Source: an uncultured bacterium (GTDB taxonomy: Bacteria > Krumholzibacteriota > Krumholzibacteriia > Krumholzibacteriales > Krumholzibacteriaceae). From it: DNA of 64,000 bases. Where the stretch lies: the NCBI GenBank assembly GCA_963786935.1, contig CAWBAN010000004.1, positions 160,001 through 224,000 on the forward strand, given 5' to 3'. Below the pieces are notes generated by a model, which saw only the letters and a program-made list of their open reading frames with translations, did no database searches and had not been told where the DNA came from. The translations under genes and the position numbers were made by a program. This document shows, piece after piece, positions 9,952-18,872 of this stretch (positions are counted from its first letter, which is position 1; every line of letters starts with the position of its first letter).

Positions 9952-12900
9952 TTATCTCAGCATGACCATCTTTTTGGTCTGGCTGAAGTTCTTCGTCTCC
10001 ATCTTGTAGAAGTAGATGCCGCTCGCCACCGCGCCGCCCCGGTCGTTCTTGCCGTCCCAGGTGACCGTGTACGAGTTAGCATCCCGCTCGCCGCTGACGA
10101 GCGTCCGCACGAGCTGGCCCGCGACGTTGTAGACCTTCAACGTCACGAATCCCTTTTCCTTCAGGTCGAACTTGATCGTGGTCGACGGGTTGAAGGGGTT
10201 CGGGAAGTTCTGGGCCAGCTTCGTGGACTTCGGCGTCTCCGCCGGGGTCACGTCGACGTTGATCGGATTCTGGAACCAGTTGAATACATCCGCCGCGATG
10301 TGGAAGCGGTCCGTCGGAGCGCTGGGCACATCGTTGCGCATGTACATGTAGCTGAATCCGAACCACATCGTCCGCGCCTCGAATCCGGCGGGGTTCGTCG
10401 TCACCGACTGGATGCCTGCGTGGCGCGCCGTGCTCTGGAACATCGGATAATCCAGCGCGTACTGTCCGTTCGCCGTCTTGTCGAGGACGTCGAACTGGTT
10501 GATGATGAAGCATCCGCCGTAGACGTTGAACTGGTCGGCGACGCCGGAATGATAGAAGATTCCGGACGAGGCGCCCTTGACGAGCGGGTTCACGATGCCG
10601 CCGCCCGTCCTGCCGCCGGTTTCGTTGAAGAAGCTGTTCGCGACGTAATCGACGCCGCACCACGAGCTCATGAGGGTCAGCGCGGGAGTCGATCCGAGCG
10701 CGTCGAGATCGAACGCCACGTCGTCGCCGCAAACCCACAGGCCGCAGCGGTGCTCGCTGAGGGTCATCCAGTCGACGAGCATCGCGCAGTCGTTCGACTT
10801 GTCGCTGTTGACCGTGCCGTCCGTGATCGTGGCGATCGTCAGGTTGCCGCTATCCCACACGATCGTGTTGTAGTTATCCGTGAGGTGCTTGTTTTTCGCG
10901 CGGCTTCCCGGTCCGTTCGACGCCGCGCTCGCGGCGCCCTGCACGTCGTACACGTCGGGCTGGTTGTTCGCCGGGAGCACCGCCTCGAACACCTTATACC
11001 AGTACGCATGCACCTGACCGATCAGGAAGTAATCGGGGCGCTCGCCGAAGTCGTCGACGAAGAGGATGTCGCTGTTCTTCGTCGGGAGGCACGTGAACTC
11101 GAGGTACTCCTGGAGCACGTTGTTCACGACCCCTCCGGCCGAGTTGTGGCGCGGCCACTTCGACTCGATGTTGAGCGCGTCCTTCGCGGTGAAGTAGTAC
11201 TCGATCTGGTATCCCCTCGTGAACAGGGAGTCGTTCAGATCGAACATGTACCAGTTGCTGACCGTCTGGCCGGAGACGATGGCGGTGTCGCCCTGGATCG
11301 TCGTCCAGGTGCCGTCGTCGCCCTTGTAGTAGCCGTACGTGCCCTGGAGCTGCGGTCCCGCGATCTTCGCGGGCTTCGCGAGATCCTCGCCGATGTAGGA
11401 GACCTTCACGTGCAAGTAGATCGCCGGATGGCCGCCGTCCCACGCGAGGCCGCCCGCGAGCGGCGAAGTGCACTGGAGCACGATCGAATCGCCCGGCCGG
11501 ATGATCGGGTTGTTGTTGGTGTTGATGTCGCTGGCCATGTCGGCGCGCACGTAGCTCTCGATGTTGAACTCGGTCTCGGGGAAGTTGTCCTGGAAGAGCT
11601 CGAGATCGCGGTACGACCACTGGGGGCCCGACGTCTTGTAGCGCTCGACGCGCACGTTGTCGATCCACGGGGACGGCGTGTGCGAGGCGCAGTTGCCGTA
11701 CACGAGATACCAGATGTCGCACATGTCGCGGCAGGTGAGGGCGATCTGGATCTTGTCCGCGGATACGAGGTGGCTCACGTCGTAGGAGGAGTAGATGTAG
11801 TCCTGGTTCTCGCCGTACCACACCCACGAGTCGTTCACCCACGGGCCGGGGCAGCCGCCCACGATGTTCCGGACGTACTCCTCGTAGAACACGAGGTTCG
11901 GCACCGCGAGATCGCGGTACACCGTGTACTCCATCACCGTGCCGCCGAGGAGCGGAAGATCGCCGGCCGGGATGGAGGCGTTCTGGACGCTGTTCTTCGC
12001 CGTCGAGTACTTCGTCATGTCGATGACGGGGGACACGATGTAATCGTTCTGGCACGGAGCCGACGTGCCGCCGCCTCCCTGGCAGAACGGCGTGTCGTAG
12101 AGGCCCGGATAGCTCGAGCTCGGGTTCGGCGATCCGATGAAGAACACGACCTGCGTGCCGAAGTTGTCGCCGCACGGATCCTTGTCCGTGAGGTTGTTCT
12201 TCAGACCGGAGTAGGAGCCGTACGCGGTGCCCGGCCGGCCGTGCCATATGCCGACGTCCACCGCGTTGACGGCCGCCGTCTCGAAGGTCTCGGTGTTGTT
12301 GATGAGGCCGCCTTGGTCAAAGAGGTGAATGTCGTCGAGGATCACGGGGCCGTCCGAGTTCCAGTTGCCGTCCTCGTCGCTGAAGCCGCCGTCCGCCACG
12401 AAGTGGAACCGCAGCTTCGTCTTCGCCTGCGTCGTCGCGATGACGTCCGTCGCGATCGTGTCGACGACGTTGTCGTACGTCGCGACCGTCTGCCAGTTGC
12501 CGCCGCCGGCGTCGTACTGGACGTAGGTGTAGTCGAATCCGTACTCGGAATCGAACTTGCCGTGATACGCGAGCGTGATCGCGCCGGCGAAGCTGAAGGC
12601 GTTCGTCTGGAGGTCCTGGACCCAGTTGTCGCCGTAGCCGGGAGCCGCGAGCCATCCGCACAGGTACGGATCGCTCGTGTTCGCCCGGGCGCCGCACCAC
12701 ATGGACTTCGCGCCGGAGATCGGTACGAGCCTGCCGTAGGAGCCGCCGCCGAGCCCGGAGAAATTGTCCACGTGGAAGAAGGTGTCATACTGAGCGGTCC
12801 GGTCGAGGCGCGTCCAGCCCTGCCAGCTGTTCGTTTCGAACGTGTACCACACGAGGTAGTAGGTATCGACCGCAGAAGCTTCATAGAAGCCGCGCAGGCC

Positions 12901-13047
12901 GGGATCCAGGAGTTCGCTTTCGTACTCCGCCGCGGACGTCGCGCGGTTCATGCGTACTCTCGATTTCGCATCCTCGCGCGCATAAACGGCGCTGGCAAGC
13001 GTCGCGACGAGGAATACGCAGAGAGCAACAGCCAACCATTTTTTCAT
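9952..13047 (-). CDS. Secreted T9SS-type CTD protein (array paralog 4)
   Basis: Start trimmed to ATG 13047 (MKKWLAVALCVFLVATLASAVYA); CTD QNFPNPFNP...KKMVMLR. Confidence 0.9.
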   Translation of the reverse strand: MKKWLAVALCVFLVATLASAVYAREDAKSRVRMNRATSAAEYESELLDPGLRGFYEASAVDTYYLVWYTFETNSWQGWTRLDRTAQYDTFFHVDNFSGLGGGSYGRLVPISGAKSMWCGARANTSDPYLCGWLAAPGYGDNWVQDLQTNAFSFAGAITLAYHGKFDSEYGFDYTYVQYDAGGGNWQTVATYDNVVDTIATDVIATTQAKTKLRFHFVADGGFSDEDGNWNSDGPVILDDIHLFDQGGLINNTETFETAAVNAVDVGIWHGRPGTAYGSYSGLKNNLTDKDPCGDNFGTQVVFFIGSPNPSSSYPGLYDTPFCQGGGGTSAPCQNDYIVSPVIDMTKYSTAKNSVQNASIPAGDLPLLGGTVMEYTVYRDLAVPNLVFYEEYVRNIVGGCPGPWVNDSWVWYGENQDYIYSSYDVSHLVSADKIQIALTCRDMCDIWYLVYGNCASHTPSPWIDNVRVERYKTSGPQWSYRDLELFQDNFPETEFNIESYVRADMASDINTNNNPIIRPGDSIVLQCTSPLAGGLAWDGGHPAIYLHVKVSYIGEDLAKPAKIAGPQLQGTYGYYKGDDGTWTTIQGDTAIVSGQTVSNWYMFDLNDSLFTRGYQIEYYFTAKDALNIESKWPRHNSAGGVVNNVLQEYLEFTCLPTKNSDILFVDDFGERPDYFLIGQVHAYWYKVFEAVLPANNQPDVYDVQGAASAASNGPGSRAKNKHLTDNYNTIVWDSGNLTIATITDGTVNSDKSNDCAMLVDWMTLSEHRCGLWVCGDDVAFDLDALGSTPALTLMSSWCGVDYVANSFFNETGGRTGGGIVNPLVKGASSGIFYHSGVADQFNVYGGCFIINQFDVLDKTANGQYALDYPMFQSTARHAGIQSVTTNPAGFEARTMWFGFSYMYMRNDVPSAPTDRFHIAADVFNWFQNPINVDVTPAETPKSTKLAQNFPNPFNPSTTIKFDLKEKGFVTLKVYNVAGQLVRTLVSGERDANSYTVTWDGKNDRGGAVASGIYFYKMETKNFSQTKKMVMLR

Positions 13048-13347
13048 AGCTCTTTCCCCCCAATGCTTGGAAAAGCCGGAATTGAAGACAGATCGTTGAT
13101 CGGTCCGATGTGCATCGCCCTCAGAATGATTCATCACCTCCGTTTCGAGTCGGGGCAGACTTCGTCCACGGCGAATCCGCGCGCGCCAAAACGCAACGAA
13201 TTAGCTGCGAACGTGGTGGGGTGCTAGTGGGGGTACTGGTCCTGGGGAAACAGGTGGGTTCGGCTCTCTATCAGGACATTCGGAAACGGAACGCTGCGTA
13301 TTTTCTACTATCCTATTCTGTCTTTACTCGACCTCCCGTCCACTCCT

Positions 13348-13376
13348 AATATGCAAAGCCATCGGCGAGCTGTCAA
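13348..13376 (-). promoter_or_regulatory. Putative sigma70-type promoter for paralog 4
   Basis: Minus strand TTGACA-17 nt-CATATT. Confidence 0.5.
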
Positions 13377-13554
13377 ATTATTTTACGCAAGAGGGACGGA
13401 AAAAGTTCCCGGTGAAATTGCGCCGTATGGAAATGAACGTATGGGAACGCCCCGTTTCCGCGAAAACGATAATCATTTGTTTTGTGATTTTGTCGTGGAT
13501 TCGACGCGGGAGACCTGCTATCTTTAACACGCTCATGAGCGGAGGTGCGATTCG

Positions 13555-13773
13555 ATGAGAGAGAAAGTCGAAGAAATCCTGAACCAGATTCGCCCGAGCC
13601 TTCAGGCCGACGGCGGGGACGTCGAGCTCGTCGACGTCGTTGACGGGGTCGTGAAGCTGAAGCTCAAGGGATCGTGCGCGGGGTGCCCCATGTCGCAGAT
13701 GACCCTTGCGTTCGGCATCGAGAGGGTTCTCAAGGAGAAGGTGCCCGAGGTCAAGAAGGTGGAATCGGTCTAG
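13555..13773 (+). CDS. NifU/NfuA C-terminal domain protein (Fe-S carrier)
   Basis: IRPSLQADGGDVELV...LKGSCAGCPMSQMTL motif; RBS GGAGGT. Confidence 0.92.
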   Translation: MREKVEEILNQIRPSLQADGGDVELVDVVDGVVKLKLKGSCAGCPMSQMTLAFGIERVLKEKVPEVKKVESV

Positions 13774-13931
13774 TCGAGAAAACAAATACAACGCTATTAT
13801 TGACAGTATGTTATGCGGCCCCTGCTCTCCTGCGGGGGCCGCGCCGTTTTTGTCATGCTTCTTGCTCTTCTTTTCACCGGCATAGTTCGGCATAGGCCAG
13901 GGAAGATACTTCGCGCGCGGAGGAATGCACA

Positions 13932-14426
13932 ATGCGAAGCATTCGCGGCATTTTGGCGGGACCGCGGCGGCGCGATAGGCGCCGGCAGTCGTGGATTCGC
14001 CGCATCGGCGTCGCCGGATTCACGCTCCTCGAACTGCTCATCGTGATCGAGATCATCGGGCTCCTCGCCACGATCGTCATATCGAACTTCTACAAGTCGA
14101 AGAAGGCCGCCGAGGTGGCCGTTGTCCTGCAGAACATGAAGAACGTCCAAACCGCGCTCACCTCGTACTTCGCGATGGAGAGCGACTACCCCCAGACGCT
14201 CAATGCGATCTGGCTCCAGTTCTATAACGGCAGGATCGTCGAGGATTTCGAATACTGCAAGTTCGGCGGGGGCGGCGGGTGGAACTTCTTCGCGAGCAAC
14301 AGCCCCGACATCCGTTTCAACGGGCCGGGGCAGTTCGACTACGCCATCAAGAGCAAGAAGAGCCTCCTCCCGTACGCGCTCTACATCTACGGAGACAGCG
14401 CGACGGGGGCGAAGATCGTACACTAA
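13932..14426 (+). CDS. Prepilin-type N-terminal cleavage/methylation protein (type IV pilin or pseudopilin)
   Basis: Basic leader then G|FTLLELLIVIEIIGLLATI; RBS GGAGGA. Confidence 0.85.
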   Translation: MRSIRGILAGPRRRDRRRQSWIRRIGVAGFTLLELLIVIEIIGLLATIVISNFYKSKKAAEVAVVLQNMKNVQTALTSYFAMESDYPQTLNAIWLQFYNGRIVEDFEYCKFGGGGGWNFFASNSPDIRFNGPGQFDYAIKSKKSLLPYALYIYGDSATGAKIVH

Positions 14427-14620
14427 CGCGGGTCCTGTCGGCGATTGCACCCCGCATGACGCGGGTCCTGTCGGCGATCGCACCCCGCCGGTGCTCACTC
14501 GCAAGGCTCGCTGCGCGCCCGGCGGGGGCCCCATCGCCGCCACCCGCTAACAGTGCTCAAACAAGGCCCCACCGGCGTCACCCGCTACCAGTGCCCCATC
14601 AAGGGCCCATCGCCGTCACC
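14427..14620. repeat. Cluster of REP-like palindromic elements
   Basis: Two left arms CGCGGGTCCTGTCGGCGAT(T/C)GCACCCCGC (14427, 14460), right arm CCCCATCGCCGCCACCCGC ending 14547, then degenerate right arms; homologous to 59815-59952 and 15939-15969. Confidence 0.8.
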
Positions 14621-14735
14621 GGCACGAACAACCTCCAAGCAAAATCCCCTCTTTCGCGGCAGTGCGCGTTGCCGTATCATATCCCCGGCCGGTTCCATCA
14701 CGCGGAACGTCATATGCAACGCAAAGGAGCGGCGC

Positions 14736-15926
14736 ATGCATCCGTTGATCCTGCTCTTCGTTTCCTCGGCACTCATTCTCCCCCGTCCGAGCGCGCCCGT
14801 TGGAGGGAGTTCTCTGGAGGACGTCATGGATCTCCACCGCAAGGCAATCGTGTTCGATGCGCACTGCGACACCGCGATGAGACTCATCGGCGACGAGCCG
14901 ATCGACCTCGGGAACCGGCATACGGACGGCCACATCGACCTTCCGCGCGCGATCGACGGCGGCCTCGACGCGCAGATCTTCGCCGTCTGGGTGTCTCCCG
15001 AGGCGCCCGAGAACCTCGCGACGGATCAGGCGCGCGCGATGATCGACGCCCTCCACGAGCAGGCGCGAAGACATCCCAACGGCATGGAGATCGCGCTCAG
15101 GGGCGCCGACGTGCGGCGCATCGTCAAGGAGGGGAAGCTCGCCGCGATCGTCGGCATCGAGGGCGGGCATCTCATCGGCGAGGATCTCGGCGCGCTGCGC
15201 GATTATTACGAGCGCGGCGTGCGGTGCATGACGCTCACGTGGATGAACACGAACAAATGGGCGGATTCGTCCGACGGCGAGCCGACGCACGGCGGGCTCA
15301 CGGAATTCGGGAGATCGGTCGTGCGGGAGATGGACCGGCTCGGCATGGTCATCGACTGCTCGCACGTGTCGGAGAAGACACTCCTCGACGTGCTCGAGAC
15401 GACGAAGGGCCCGGTGCTCGTCTCGCACTCGTGCATGCGCGCCCTCGTCGACATCCCGCGAAACGTGAGCGACGACGCGCTCCGCGCGGTGCGGAAGAAC
15501 GGCGGCGTCGTCTGCGTCAATTTCTTCCCCGGATTCCTGGACAAAGGCTACCACGAGCGGGTGTCGGCGCTCTGGACCGAATTTCGCGCGCGGTCCGCGG
15601 AGCTCGCGCCGCAGTACGGCGGCGATCGGGGCAAGGCGTGGCACGCGCTGCAGGAGGAGTTCGAGGGGCGGATCAAGGAAATCCCGCCGGTGCCGCTTTC
15701 CGCGCTCATCGATCACATCGAGCACGCGGTCAAGGTCGCCGGCGTCGATCACGTCGGGCTCGGCTCCGATTTCGACGGAATCTCGACCTGCCCCGTCGGG
15801 ATGGAGGACGTTTCGAAGCTCCCTGCCGTCACCGAGGAGCTTGTGAAGCGCGGCTACAGCGACAAGGACATCCGGAAGATCCTCGGCGGCAACCTGCTCC
15901 GTCTCGTCGAGAAGCGCATGCGGTAG
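14736..15926 (+). CDS. Membrane dipeptidase (peptidase M19), secreted
   Basis: DAHCD, GIEGG, DCSH, VSHS and GLGSDFDG metal-ligand motifs; start ATG 14736 after AAGGAG; signal peptide. Confidence 0.9.
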   Translation: MHPLILLFVSSALILPRPSAPVGGSSLEDVMDLHRKAIVFDAHCDTAMRLIGDEPIDLGNRHTDGHIDLPRAIDGGLDAQIFAVWVSPEAPENLATDQARAMIDALHEQARRHPNGMEIALRGADVRRIVKEGKLAAIVGIEGGHLIGEDLGALRDYYERGVRCMTLTWMNTNKWADSSDGEPTHGGLTEFGRSVVREMDRLGMVIDCSHVSEKTLLDVLETTKGPVLVSHSCMRALVDIPRNVSDDALRAVRKNGGVVCVNFFPGFLDKGYHERVSALWTEFRARSAELAPQYGGDRGKAWHALQEEFEGRIKEIPPVPLSALIDHIEHAVKVAGVDHVGLGSDFDGISTCPVGMEDVSKLPAVTEELVKRGYSDKDIRKILGGNLLRLVEKRMR

Positions 15927-15938
15927 GCGCGCGGGCCC

Positions 15939-15969
15939 GGGCGGGGTGCAATGGGCGACAGGCCCCGCG
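15939..15969 (-). repeat. Single inverted left arm of the REP-like element
   Basis: Reverse complement CGCGGGGCCTGTCGCCCATTGCACCCCGCCC matches the arms at 14427 and 59835. Confidence 0.75.
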
Positions 15970-15976
15970 CCACGCG

Positions 15977-18460
15977 CTAGAACACCGTTACGGTCTCGTC
16001 GAAGCCGCCGAGGCCGCCCCCAAGCAGCTTTCCGATCGTTCGCGCGACGCCGACGGGGCTCGCGTCGGCGCCCATGCTTCCGAAGAATCCCGGAAACGCC
16101 CTGAAGTACACCGTCCGGTAATCCTGCTCGATGCCGGTCTTCGCCGCGGCGTAGGCGACGGCGTCGTTCAGGCCGCCGAGCTCGTCGACGAGCCCGAGCT
16201 CGAGCGCCTGCGTTCCGAAGTAGACGCGCCCGCCGCCGATTTCGCGCACGCGGTCTGGATCGAGCTTTCTCCCCTCGGCGACCTTATCGACGAAGATGCC
16301 GTACATGCCGTCGATGTAGCCGCCGAGCATCTCGATCTCGTCCTCGGTCATGCGGCGGCTGGCCGACATGGCGTCGGAATGCGATCCCTCTTTGAATACC
16401 TCGTTCGTGATGCCGGCCTTTTCGTACAGGCGCTCCATCACCGGCTTGAACCAGACGACCCCGATGCTGCCCGTGATCGTGTACGGATCGGCGAAGATGC
16501 GGTCGCCGTACATCGAGATCCAGTAGCCGCCCGATCCGGCGACGTTTCCCATCGAGACGACGACGGGGATCTGGTCCTCGCGCTGGATGCGGCGGACCTC
16601 TTCGAGGATCTCGTCGCTCGCGAGCGCCGAGCCGCCGCCGCTGTCGACGCGGAAAACGATCGCGCGCACGCCCGGGGCGCGCGAGGCGGCCTTGAGCTGC
16701 TTCACGACCGTTTCGGAACCCATCGTGCGGGAATCCTGAAAGACGCTCCGCTCGCTCTTCCCCGATTCGATGCTCCCGTACGCCCCCACGATCGCGACGG
16801 CGGGGGGAGGGGTCCACCGTTCCGTCCAGTACGCGCGCGCCCCGATCTTTTCCGTCGCGAGCTTGTCGGGCCGCTTGGCTCCGGCGATCGCGCCCAGCTC
16901 CTTCTTCGCGTCATGCTCCCAGCCGATCGCGTCCACGAGATTCTCCTGCACGAGCTCGTCGGCCGTGAACACCCGGCCGTCGGCGATCTCCTTCATCCGC
17001 TCGACGGGAATGCCGCGGCCGTCCGCGATGCCCTCGACGAGAAGGCGATAGCTCTCCGAGACGAGGGAGCGAATCTCCTCGGCCTGCTTCTCGGTCGTCG
17101 TGTCGGTGTAGATCGTGTGGAACGACGACTTGTAGTCTCCCGCCGTGTAATGGTCGAAATCGACGCCGAGCTTCTCGAAGAGGCGCTTCATCCGCTTGAG
17201 CTCGAAGGAAACGCCGAGCATGCCGACCGTGCCGACGCGCGGCACGACGATCTTGTCGGCGGCGGAGGCGACGTACATCTCGGCCGCGGATCCTCCCTCG
17301 CTCAGATACGCGACGACCGGTTTGCCCGATTCCCTCACCGCGAGCACCGCTTCCCGGATCTCCTGAACGTTCGCGCTCACCGGCCCGATGAACGCCTTTT
17401 CGAACGGCTCGATCGTGAGGAGGAGCCCCTGCACGTCGGCGTCGTCGCGGATGCTCTTGAGCTCGCGGAGCAGCGAATGGAGATCGTTCGATCCGCCCAT
17501 GAAGGAGAAGCCGCCTCCCTCGTCGATGCAGTTGCCGCCGACCGAGAGCTCCGCGTAGCGCGGCCGTTTCGTGGCGGCGTTCTTGACGAACGCGTCCGTC
17601 TTCTCGAAGCTGAGGCTGTATCTCGCGTAGTCGAGGTCGCCGCCGTCGCAGGAACGCGCCTGCGCCCGCGTGCGTGTCGTGCCGAACCAGACGCTGACGC
17701 CGCCCGTAAACTCCTCGTACGGATCCGGCCCCGCTTGGGCGAAATCCCTCGCGTACGACCCGAAGAGCTCGATTCCCCGGCCGATCGCCGCCCGGCCGCC
17801 GAGGAGCCATCCCGGCTTGCGCCCGTCGGCCATCTCGGCCTGCCCCGAGAGCGTCAATGCCTCGCCGAACGGCCGTATCGACGCCCCCCCGATGAAGTAA
17901 TCCTCGAGGCGCGTCATCGGTCCGGCGAACGGATCGATCGCTTCCCCGCCCGAGAACATCGGCTCGTTCACGTTTTTCCAGACGCCGGCGATGGACAGGG
18001 AGCGGGACGGCCGCATCATGAATCCGAGGTCCACCGTGAAGGGGGATTTGTCGTACGTGAAGTTCGTGCTGCGCCACGTGAACGAAGAGCCGATGCCGAG
18101 TCCCTGCGCGAGCTTCAGGCCGAGGCCGAGGTTGTAGTTGTTCGAGGTGAACATGCCGTCGTCCGTGTACATGTACGCGAATCCGATGCCGTTTCCCGCC
18201 GCGCCGATGTTGAGCTCCGCGATGCGGTCGTTCCAGTAGGTGCCGTGCAGAAGCCCCGTTCCTACGCCTCTCATCGCGAGCCCGGCCGGATTCACATAGA
18301 GGGACGCCGCGCCGTCGATGTCCGAAACGAAGCGGCTCGCCGCGAGCTCGCTCCGGAGCGGAGCGCTCACCGGCGCGAGCGAACCGGATGCGGCGGAAAC
18401 GGGGACCGCCATGACGACGAGGGCCGCGGTCGCGAGGGCGCACACGAGAACCTTTTTCAA
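15977..18460 (-). CDS. sppA: Signal peptide peptidase SppA (tandem S49) with N-terminal beta-barrel-like domain
   Basis: GDYKS, RVDSGGGSALASD, SMGNVAGSGGY, TITGSIGV, GLVDELGG motifs; TTG start after GGAGG; N-terminal ~280 aa with NPAGL and alternating strands. Confidence 0.85.
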   Translation of the reverse strand: MKKVLVCALATAALVVMAVPVSAASGSLAPVSAPLRSELAASRFVSDIDGAASLYVNPAGLAMRGVGTGLLHGTYWNDRIAELNIGAAGNGIGFAYMYTDDGMFTSNNYNLGLGLKLAQGLGIGSSFTWRSTNFTYDKSPFTVDLGFMMRPSRSLSIAGVWKNVNEPMFSGGEAIDPFAGPMTRLEDYFIGGASIRPFGEALTLSGQAEMADGRKPGWLLGGRAAIGRGIELFGSYARDFAQAGPDPYEEFTGGVSVWFGTTRTRAQARSCDGGDLDYARYSLSFEKTDAFVKNAATKRPRYAELSVGGNCIDEGGGFSFMGGSNDLHSLLRELKSIRDDADVQGLLLTIEPFEKAFIGPVSANVQEIREAVLAVRESGKPVVAYLSEGGSAAEMYVASAADKIVVPRVGTVGMLGVSFELKRMKRLFEKLGVDFDHYTAGDYKSSFHTIYTDTTTEKQAEEIRSLVSESYRLLVEGIADGRGIPVERMKEIADGRVFTADELVQENLVDAIGWEHDAKKELGAIAGAKRPDKLATEKIGARAYWTERWTPPPAVAIVGAYGSIESGKSERSVFQDSRTMGSETVVKQLKAASRAPGVRAIVFRVDSGGGSALASDEILEEVRRIQREDQIPVVVSMGNVAGSGGYWISMYGDRIFADPYTITGSIGVVWFKPVMERLYEKAGITNEVFKEGSHSDAMSASRRMTEDEIEMLGGYIDGMYGIFVDKVAEGRKLDPDRVREIGGGRVYFGTQALELGLVDELGGLNDAVAYAAAKTGIEQDYRTVYFRAFPGFFGSMGADASPVGVARTIGKLLGGGLGGFDETVTVF

Positions 18461-18600
18461 GGGAGCCTCCTTTTTAAGAAGCGCAAAAGAGCGATCACCG
18501 TACCGGCGCGCGTGATAGAATTACGGAGGGCATTATACCAATGTTGCGGTCGAGGGCAATTGCAAAGAGCGGCGGCGGATTCGGCGTGCCCAAGGCCATT

Positions 18601-18619
18601 CTTAATAATAATTATTCGC
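18601..18619. promoter_or_regulatory. Fur-box-like site
   Basis: CTTAATAATAATTATTCGC matches 13/19 of GATAATGATAATCATTATC; AT-rich island upstream of a TonB-dependent receptor. Confidence 0.45.
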
Positions 18620-18872
18620 ATTGGCTAACTAGTTGTAATTGGGTTGTTTTCAAGCCGATAGCCGCTGCTGCGGTATTGATGAATATGCTGCTTTGTCTGC
18701 CGATCCTTTTCCGGTAGTGAAATGCCGAATAGGAGACAACCCAAAATAAATAAAGCGAATAGCCCATTGACGCGGAGGCCGTTTTGTGCGAAAATATACA
18801 TACCTGAGAAGGCGCTCCGTCTATTGAGGTTGTCGGCCGTAAAGAGACATTTACAGAACGGATGGGGGGAGA

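Noticed and set aside
127..13047. Diversity-generating retroelement acting on the paralog array
   Set aside because: No reverse transcriptase or non-coding template repeat in the window; the differences I compared are not adenine-specific
2975..13227. Very long antisense ORFs (e.g. 2975-6319, 9898-13227; also 14279-18628, 18612-21716, 52545-55664)
   Set aside because: Shadow frames of real genes in high-GC DNA; Arg/Val-rich with no recognisable motifs
14427..14620. Mini CRISPR array
   Set aside because: Repeats are adjacent, degenerate and palindromic arms without uniform spacers
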